A stretch of 64,000 nt of DNA from a virus, in the IMG/VR virus record IMGVR_UViG_3300027754_005796, positions 96,001-160,000 of that record. One strand, written 5' to 3'. Shown piece by piece: positions 57,701 to 64,000 of this stretch. The notes under the pieces were generated by a model. It did no database searches. It was not told the DNA's origin and saw only the letters and a program-made list of their open reading frames with translations. The translations under genes were made by a program, and so were the position numbers. The first letter of the stretch is position 1. Every line of letters begins with the position of its first letter.

Positions 57701-58275
57701 AATTTACGCCAGCTTTGTTCTGGCGTTGGTACAGCGTACATGACGGGAACCGCCATGTCGGTCACTTCATGCTCCTTGCGAAAAAGATTGTACACTTTTT
57801 CCAAGGAGTCGAGAGAGCAAAATGCGATTGTCTCAAGAGTGAAATTTTTGGTCCAGTCAGGGTAAGGCCTTAAATTTTTGGCGCATGTGATCGTCATAAT
57901 TTCTGGTGAGATTTTAAACAAATCGCTCAGATTAACCAATTTTTCTTCTGGTGTTGCTCCATCTACAAAATCATCAGTTGTAAGGGTTCGACCGTTCTGA
58001 AATTGCGCTACCCAATAGCTGGGCCACTTACTCGTGAGAGCGTCGAAATCATTGATTACTAGCGTGCGCATTTCCTCTGGGGTGATTTTTCTACTAACAA
58101 CTGAGCTAGAATATTTGATGTATTCGTCAAGTGCCGATCTCATTTCCTCGTGTTTGTTCAATAAATCTTCAATGGAAAAAATCTGCCCCTTCAATTGATC
58201 CGAACCACTTCTGAGGCATGTGTTCTTGGCGAAAATCGACATCATCGTGTCGGCAATATTGTTGTTGTGGCTCAT
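57679..58275 (-). CDS. Hypothetical protein
   Basis: 198-aa ORF, RBS GGAGG/AAGGT. Confidence 0.65.
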   Translation of the reverse strand: MSHNNNIADTMMSIFAKNTCLRSGSDQLKGQIFSIEDLLNKHEEMRSALDEYIKYSSSVVSRKITPEEMRTLVINDFDALTSKWPSYWVAQFQNGRTLTTDDFVDGATPEEKLVNLSDLFKISPEIMTITCAKNLRPYPDWTKNFTLETIAFCSLDSLEKVYNLFRKEHEVTDMAVPVMYAVPTPEQSWRKFCLSEVV

Positions 58276-58321
58276 GGGTCTACCTTACCTCCAAAAGCGG
58301 TGAAAATAAAGTCTTTCTAAT

Positions 58322-58356
58322 AAAAAAACCCCCCAAGTTTTTTGCCTTGGGGGGTT
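58322..58356 (-). terminator. Intrinsic terminator after helicase
   Basis: AACCCCCCAAG...CTTGGGGGGTT with an A-run on the + side. Confidence 0.8.
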
Positions 58357-58372
58357 GGAGAAACAGGTTGCA

Positions 58373-60559
58373 CTAGGCAACTTTGTTACTGTTGCCGAAA
58401 AGCAGGGGGAACTGCTCGGACAACTGACGGCGGTAGCGAGACAAGATCAGGAACCCAGCCTCAAGCTCTTGGGCCGTTTCAAGGCCAGCGTTAAGCAACC
58501 AATGGGCAACAGCAGCATCAGGCTTGTTGAACCCGTGACCGTCACGCTGGTTGGCACCATCGCAAACGCCCAGCATATAGCCGAACGCAGCACGGACCTC
58601 AGCGGAACGATCAGGCGTGAGCTCAAGGCGCACTCCCTTCTTGGCACGGGTGACTTCCCGTTCATGGATGCCTTCTACCTTGCTCTTGGCCTTGGCCTTG
58701 AGCTTGGCAGCTTCCAACTTGCCCTGCTCCTCCACCGCCCGTTGCAGACGAGCTTGGAATTCCTCCTCGCTCTCAACCTCGGGCTGGGAAGCGCCCACGG
58801 GAGTAGCCGTGAGGCGCTGACCTTTAATGCTGTTATCGATAGATCGTTGGATCGTATCGATCTTGTCTACCAGCAGCTTCTGGATGTGGATGTCCAGCGG
58901 GTGGTTGCTGACCATGCGGACGATCTCCACCTTGTTCGCAGTCTGTCCCAAACGGCAGATGCGATCCTCGGCCTGCCAGTTGGCAGCGGGGGTCCAGTCG
59001 AGATCGACAAACAGGGCCTTGGCAGCGTGCGTGAGAGTCAATCCCACACCGCCTGCACGGATGGTGATGCCAATGCCCTTGAATTGACCCGCTTGGAACG
59101 CACGCACGATCTCCTGTCGGCGTTCAGGAGAGGTGTCGCCCGTGATGAGTGCCCAGCCGGGACGAGCCAGTAAAGCATTCATCGGGGCGAGGTGTGCGCT
59201 GAACACGATCAGCGGGCATTCTTGCTCCTCGCAGTCCTGCACATATTCGAGCATGGCAGGAACACGAGACTGGGCCAGTTCCGCACGCAAGGCAGCGAAC
59301 TGCGTGAACGGAGGCAGCGAGTCCTCGAGCTCGTTGTCATACCCAGACCACGCCTCGTCAAGCTTTTTAACAAGCTTTTGGGAGGGGTCCACCATGACAT
59401 TGGTGTATGTCTTGGTGGGCAGTTCAGGCAGAACATCGGCACGCAGACGGCGCAGCATCACACGGCGCAGCAACTCAGGCACGATGGGCTGAGGCTTGCC
59501 GTACTCGAAGGCGTAGCCGTTATGGTGGGCGTTGAACAACCCTTGGAAGTTCTCGAAAGACCGAAACACTTCCTTAGCCACACCCACGGTGTCCAGCACA
59601 CCCCACAAATCTTCAGGGTGGTTGGTCAGCGGGCTACCAGTAAGAGCGGTGACCTTGGCAACAAGGTTACCAATTTCTTTTGTCTTGCGGGTGCGTGCAG
59701 CCTTTTTGTTTTTGTAGTCGTGAGCCTCGTCCACGATCAGGTTGACCTGTGAGGCTTGCGGGTATTTGTCCCTCAAAGCTTGGCGAAAAGCGTTGAGGGT
59801 TGCGAAGTATCGATCAACTGGTTGACCTTTTACCTTCGCAGGTGTAATGAACTCTTCAGGAAGAATGTCATTGTTAATGATGACAATCTCGCCCTGCTTG
59901 GGCCAGCGGAACGACTCACGACCGTTCAGCACGGTCGGGGCCAGATCGGGTCGCCATTTGCGAACCTCGTCAACCCAATTGTACTTGAGTCCTGCACGGC
60001 ATATGACCATGCCCTTGCCTCCCTGCTCAATGCCCATGAGGGACTGAACAGTTTTGCCAAGGCCCATCTCGTCGCCCAGCAGAGCACGCTTCTTGCTAGA
60101 CAAGAAGCTCACTCCCTCGACTTGGTAGGGGTACAGGCCAAGATCAGCAGCTTTCTGCGCCTGTGCGTTGACTTGCACGATGCGCAGGCTGGGAGCAACC
60201 TCGAGGCCGATACGGTCGGCAACCTCGAGGATTCGGGGGCGGTCAGACACATCGGCGCTGACAGTCCACCACTTGTTGGCCTTGTCCCATCGTGCGCCGG
60301 GAAGGGAACGAAGCAGATCGAGATTTTCGGGCTCGTAACCCGTGATGACCTTGAGGTCGCTCGTGAGAACACGATGCACGCTCTTCTGTTGGATGTCCAC
60401 ACCCTTGCGTGCTGGCACGCAATTGGTGCAAAAGTTTGTGTACTTGGCTTTTCCAGTCGTCTCTTCTTCGGTGCGCTGGGTGAAACCCGCACCCATCAAA
60501 ACCTGCGCCTTGCAGGAGTTGCAGCGCACATTGAACTTGTTCTTGAAGAAATGAGCCAT
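58373..60559 (-). CDS. SNF2-family (HARP/SMARCAL1-like) helicase
   Basis: LYPYQVEG, GDEMGLGKT, DEAH, LTGSP, GVGLTLT, QAEDRICRLGQ; N-terminal Zn finger and ARWD..WW HARP-like segment. Confidence 0.92.
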   Translation of the reverse strand: MAHFFKNKFNVRCNSCKAQVLMGAGFTQRTEEETTGKAKYTNFCTNCVPARKGVDIQQKSVHRVLTSDLKVITGYEPENLDLLRSLPGARWDKANKWWTVSADVSDRPRILEVADRIGLEVAPSLRIVQVNAQAQKAADLGLYPYQVEGVSFLSSKKRALLGDEMGLGKTVQSLMGIEQGGKGMVICRAGLKYNWVDEVRKWRPDLAPTVLNGRESFRWPKQGEIVIINNDILPEEFITPAKVKGQPVDRYFATLNAFRQALRDKYPQASQVNLIVDEAHDYKNKKAARTRKTKEIGNLVAKVTALTGSPLTNHPEDLWGVLDTVGVAKEVFRSFENFQGLFNAHHNGYAFEYGKPQPIVPELLRRVMLRRLRADVLPELPTKTYTNVMVDPSQKLVKKLDEAWSGYDNELEDSLPPFTQFAALRAELAQSRVPAMLEYVQDCEEQECPLIVFSAHLAPMNALLARPGWALITGDTSPERRQEIVRAFQAGQFKGIGITIRAGGVGLTLTHAAKALFVDLDWTPAANWQAEDRICRLGQTANKVEIVRMVSNHPLDIHIQKLLVDKIDTIQRSIDNSIKGQRLTATPVGASQPEVESEEEFQARLQRAVEEQGKLEAAKLKAKAKSKVEGIHEREVTRAKKGVRLELTPDRSAEVRAAFGYMLGVCDGANQRDGHGFNKPDAAVAHWLLNAGLETAQELEAGFLILSRYRRQLSEQFPLLFGNSNKVA

Positions 60560-60599
60560 TGTAGTCGCTCCGCTTGTGTTGAAAGTGACTGTTGTCTAT

Positions 60600-60632
60600 A
60601 GTCCTACAGGAAGTTTTGTTTCTTAAATACAA
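60600..60632 (-). promoter_or_regulatory. Conserved 33-bp upstream motif, copy 2
   Basis: TTGTATTTAAGAAACAAAACTTCCTGTAGGACT. Confidence 0.7.
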
Positions 60633-60683
60633 TTAAATTCAAAATTTTTTGAATTTTTGAAAAATTTATTTTGATATAAGAAA

Positions 60684-60713
60684 AGACGACAAGAACCTAA
60701 GTCCTTGTCGTCT
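60684..60713 (-). terminator. Intrinsic terminator
   Basis: AGACGACAAG...CTTGTCGTCT with an A-run on the + side. Confidence 0.7.
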
Positions 60714-60739
60714 CATGGTTTAGCTAATTTTTTCTTAAA

Positions 60740-61066
60740 TTAGCGTCGAAGACGGCCCAAAAGGCCAGTCTTGCCAGCAACAGCATTACAGGAGCCGTTA
60801 CAGCAGTCACATGGGGCTGCTGTCTTGACGGGCTCGACCTTCTTGACTTCAACAGCCTTGACCTCGACGGGCTTGACAAGGTTCAGGCGAACCTTCTCAC
60901 GGCGAGTGAGGGGTTGATAGACAGTTGAGGCGTTACAGTTGCTACACTCGCCTTTGGCAGCAGCCTTCGCAACGGTTGCGGGAGCTTGGGCCTTAGCGGG
61001 GCCTTCTCCTGCAAACACGGTGGTGGCAGCGAAAACAAAAGCGATAGCAGCGATAAAATTCTTCAT
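60740..61066 (-). CDS. Small secreted Cys-rich protein
   Basis: Signal peptide ending VFA; CSNC, CDCCNGSC, GLLGRLRR tail. Confidence 0.7.
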   Translation of the reverse strand: MKNFIAAIAFVFAATTVFAGEGPAKAQAPATVAKAAAKGECSNCNASTVYQPLTRREKVRLNLVKPVEVKAVEVKKVEPVKTAAPCDCCNGSCNAVAGKTGLLGRLRR

Positions 61067-61153
61067 CTTAGAAACTCTCCAAATAAAATAAGCGCCAATC
61101 TGGCACTACTAAGGATAATATATCGTGCTTAGCTTAAATTCGCAATAGCACTC

Positions 61154-62050
61154 CTACTGGGCATATTCCGTGAGTAGACGGCAAACTGCAAGTTCTTTGG
61201 CTTTTGCCTCTAATTCTACCGTGAGTTTGCGACCTTTCCAGCACTCGGGGAAATCACTCTGGGAAATATAGTCATGGTGTTGATTTTCATTTTCACCACC
61301 CCAACCATTTTTTGGACTGGAAAGATGGAAAAGCGGTTCTCTTCCGTCCCAAGTTTCGCAAGCCAAATCTGTTGCCTCAGCGATTGTGTAGCTGTCGCTG
61401 TTGCAGCGGTGATGGTGTGCGTCGTAGACCAATGGAACGCCCACGGTTTCGCACAGTTCAAACAGGTCATGCGGAGTGTAAGTAGTGTCATCATTTTCCA
61501 CGGTCAAAAGGCTACGCACCTTGGGACTCAGACGGTAAAAATTCGCTGCAAAATCAATCAGAGCTTGCTTTTTGTTGCCAAAGGCACCGCCCCCATGAAT
61601 GTTGATGACATCAGCGTTGACCCATTCGGCAACCATCCCTTGGTACTCAAGTTCTGCAATTGATTTGCGAACTGTTTCAGGATTCTTACTGTTTAACACC
61701 ACAAACTGGTCAGGGTGAAAACAGGTACGAATATTATTTTCTGCTGCATATCGCCCACACGCTTTGAAGTCGGAAATTATTTTCTCGTGTTCGGGTAGTT
61801 GCTCAATTTTATATCCTGCCTTGTCGTGCGTGTATATCGGTAGTATATGACTGTTGATACGGAAGCAACCTATGCCCTTGGCCTTGCAGTATTGCAGGGC
61901 TTGCATAAGCGAATTTGCGTTGGTTTGGCAGAGATTCGATAACTTTTGAATTGCTGTTGACCGTTCCAGTTTCAATATATGCGTGACAGTCGTTGTTACA
62001 AACTTGATGGGTTCTTCAGCAAAAGTACAACATAGTCCAAATCTTATCAT
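61154..62050 (-). CDS. uvsE: UV-damage endonuclease
   Basis: RFGLCC, FRINS, HPDQFVVLNS, INIHGGG, TVENDD, YDAHHH, HHDYI, ELEAKAKELA. Confidence 0.95.
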   Translation of the reverse strand: MIRFGLCCTFAEEPIKFVTTTVTHILKLERSTAIQKLSNLCQTNANSLMQALQYCKAKGIGCFRINSHILPIYTHDKAGYKIEQLPEHEKIISDFKACGRYAAENNIRTCFHPDQFVVLNSKNPETVRKSIAELEYQGMVAEWVNADVINIHGGGAFGNKKQALIDFAANFYRLSPKVRSLLTVENDDTTYTPHDLFELCETVGVPLVYDAHHHRCNSDSYTIAEATDLACETWDGREPLFHLSSPKNGWGGENENQHHDYISQSDFPECWKGRKLTVELEAKAKELAVCRLLTEYAQ

Positions 62051-62115
62051 GATCGCCTCCAATGCGTCTCCGAAAGCTCCAACCGCATCGATAGGTGCGG
62101 TTGGAGCGGAGTAGG

Positions 62116-63093
62116 TTACTCTTTTTCACGCAGCCTTTCAATCGCCCTTTGGACTTTTTCTCTGGCTGTGCGATGAATTTGAGACACCCGCATACGACTA
62201 AATGGTCTACCATCAGCCGTATGGTACTTGTCACCAACATCTTTTTGGAACCCGTGATAGGGGTCCATGCTGGTAATGATTAGATCAAGCTCCATTTGCG
62301 ACAGATTGGCAGCTTTAAATGTCTTGGACAGGAACTCGTTACTTGCAGCCAATTCGCTGGGATCGCCCACAACGCTCCGAACTGTGGTTGCGGGAGCATT
62401 TTCGATCCAGCTTGCCTCTGACTCTGGCGAATGGCTGGTTTCGGTGGTGACCTGCACTAAAGAAGCACTCAGATTTTTAATCTGCTTTTTGGTGAGCTTG
62501 AGGTGTTTGACAATTTCCTCAAATGGTTTGTCAGCACCGAGTTTAGCAAGAGCTTTTCGGTAAATGCTTACCAATCGAATGCTTTCGTTCGTGTGATGAG
62601 ACAGCAAGGAGCCTTGTTCGTTGGTCACACGATTCAACCGATTGAAAATACTGTGAAACAGGTAGGTGGTCAAATTGGCAGCACCGTCATGTTTCCAGCG
62701 ATAGATTGCCTCAACGATCTGAAAGAGAGCCTCTTGACTGTAATCCTCGACCGCTAGGCCACGGTGTGCATTCCTTTTCGCATACTTGTTGGCGAAAAAG
62801 TATGCCATTTGGGTGTAGCCCTCCATGATGGTCTGTTCTACATTTCGACCATCAAGATCGGCCTGAACTTCCAAAACCTTACGAATCGTGTTACAGTCTT
62901 TTCTGAACTCATCTTGCAATGGGTTTGGGAGAATTTTGGCGAGTTCTTCTGGGTTATGGAATGCGCTCTGCCGAAACTGGCGAAATTTCAATTTCGGAAA
63001 ATGAGATTCCCATTTCGTCAGCAGGGTGTTAGTGGTTTTGATAATGCTAACGCAGATCTCTCTGTGCTCATGGGACAGATTGTGCTGATGCAT
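62116..63093 (-). CDS. Divergent sigma-70-like factor
   Basis: EDYSQEALFQIVEAIYRW..ANLTTY (region 2); SRMRVSQIHRTAREK (region 4). Confidence 0.7.
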   Translation of the reverse strand: MHQHNLSHEHREICVSIIKTTNTLLTKWESHFPKLKFRQFRQSAFHNPEELAKILPNPLQDEFRKDCNTIRKVLEVQADLDGRNVEQTIMEGYTQMAYFFANKYAKRNAHRGLAVEDYSQEALFQIVEAIYRWKHDGAANLTTYLFHSIFNRLNRVTNEQGSLLSHHTNESIRLVSIYRKALAKLGADKPFEEIVKHLKLTKKQIKNLSASLVQVTTETSHSPESEASWIENAPATTVRSVVGDPSELAASNEFLSKTFKAANLSQMELDLIITSMDPYHGFQKDVGDKYHTADGRPFSRMRVSQIHRTAREKVQRAIERLREKE

Positions 63094-63149
63094 GGTTTTT
63101 GCTCCTGCGGTTAAGCCCTATGATAGGCAAAAAAAACGAAAGCCAGACA

Positions 63150-63182
63150 AGACATACAGGAAGTTTCGTGTGATAAATACAA
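63150..63182 (-). promoter_or_regulatory. Conserved 33-bp upstream motif, copy 3
   Basis: TTGTATTTATCACACGAAACTTCCTGTATGTCT. Confidence 0.7.
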
Positions 63183-63503
63183 AAACATTCAGGATTTTTT
63201 TTAAAAAGTTCTTTTTTTAGAAGCAAGTCATTGATCCAAAAGGACTTAGATCAAGGAGAAATCTTTTGTGAAAGGCATTAATCATAGGCAATTGTTGTCT
63301 AATTGGGATGCAATCCTGTGGAAACTGTGTGAGGAATGCACTCCTTATGACTGTTTAGGACAGATTAAATTCTATCTCGAATCGAGTGCTAAAACCGCTT
63401 GTTCTAGTGGCGTACATTTCCCAAATTAACAAGGCTATTAAGCTTATAGATGAAGCTATGAAGTGCATCGATCCTGAATCATAATTTTTTGGAGCGATAT
63501 CAT

Positions 63504-63962
63504 ATGGAAAATTTAGATTTTCCTCAGCCCACTAAAATAGTGGTGCGAAAATCTGCTGTTCACGGCTCGGGAGTTTTTGCAACAGCCGACATTGAAGCTG
63601 GTGAGTTAGTCGAACGGTGCCCTATGGTTGCCTTGGAATTTCGCTCCAAGTACCACAAGGATTCCAAGCTTTTTGAATACCTTTACCTCTGTAGCGAACA
63701 ACTGGCAGAGTATGAGCAGAACGGCGTGACCATGTGTATGGTGCTGGGCTACGGGATGATTTACAACCATCAAGACAAACCCAACGCCAATTGGAAATTC
63801 AACTGGTCTCAAAATTATGCAGATTTAATCGCACAGAGGCCAATCGTGAAGGGTGATGAAATATTCACCTATTATGGCCAATATTATTTCAACACACGAA
63901 CTAAAATTCAGCATCATCCTGACACCAAGGTTTTTACTCGTCCAATCTTCAAAAAAAAATGA
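63504..63962 (+). CDS. SET-domain protein-lysine methyltransferase
   Basis: KSAVHGSGVFATADI..GE, GMIYNH..PNA, IVKGDEIFTYYG. Confidence 0.9.
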   Translation: MENLDFPQPTKIVVRKSAVHGSGVFATADIEAGELVERCPMVALEFRSKYHKDSKLFEYLYLCSEQLAEYEQNGVTMCMVLGYGMIYNHQDKPNANWKFNWSQNYADLIAQRPIVKGDEIFTYYGQYYFNTRTKIQHHPDTKVFTRPIFKKK

Positions 63963-64000
63963 TGCCGTGAATATGGCATGAGAATAATGCTGTTGTTATT

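Noticed and set aside
58355-60632. Long + strand ORFs opposite the helicase (likewise 28439-29074, 29982-30701, 31649-32188)
   Set aside because: Antisense shadows of GC-richer real genes, with no recognisable motifs.
63268-63484. Possible frameshifted small gene before the SET gene
   Set aside because: Two short overlapping frames with no recognisable domain or slippery site; unsupported without homologs.
1-64000. Bacterial chromosome or plasmid origin
   Set aside because: Host-like genes are isolated from their usual operons among many hypotheticals, HNH nucleases, Rnl1 and phage-type proteins. No hallmark virion gene is in the window, so the phage call remains inferential.

Overview
A 64-kb segment of an AT-rich jumbo/huge tailed phage genome in standard genetic code. 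No capsid, terminase or polymerase genes fall in this window. The host is most likely a planctomycete (DUF1559 prepilin-type gene, planctomycete-type sigma-70 and CsrA, Cys-rich secreted protein). The window has dispersed glycan-modification genes (epimerase, GT2/GT17/GT-B glycosyltransferases, TylF and other methyltransferases, 2OG-Fe oxygenase) and host-takeover genes (ClpS, ClpX, Pth2, two CsrA, two sigma-70s, SET methyltransferase). It also has repair/replication genes (Rnl1-type RNA ligase, minimal ATP-dependent ligase, ParB-like protein, SNF2 helicase, UvsE), several HNH nucleases, three tandem ~100-kDa paralogs and an intein-containing small protein. Best novel signals: (1) a tRNA-Gln(TTG) whose anticodon is split by a complete 73-nt tRNA-like element with a CTA loop (7153-7296), with a phage Rnl1 ligase as candidate splicing enzyme; (2) a candidate phage selenoprotein with signal peptide, in-frame TGA and SECIS-like hairpin (49839-50402); (3) a 33-bp motif conserved upstream of three genes; (4) two unannotated structured RNAs (2182-2429). 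All family calls come from motif recognition by eye; no searches were run.
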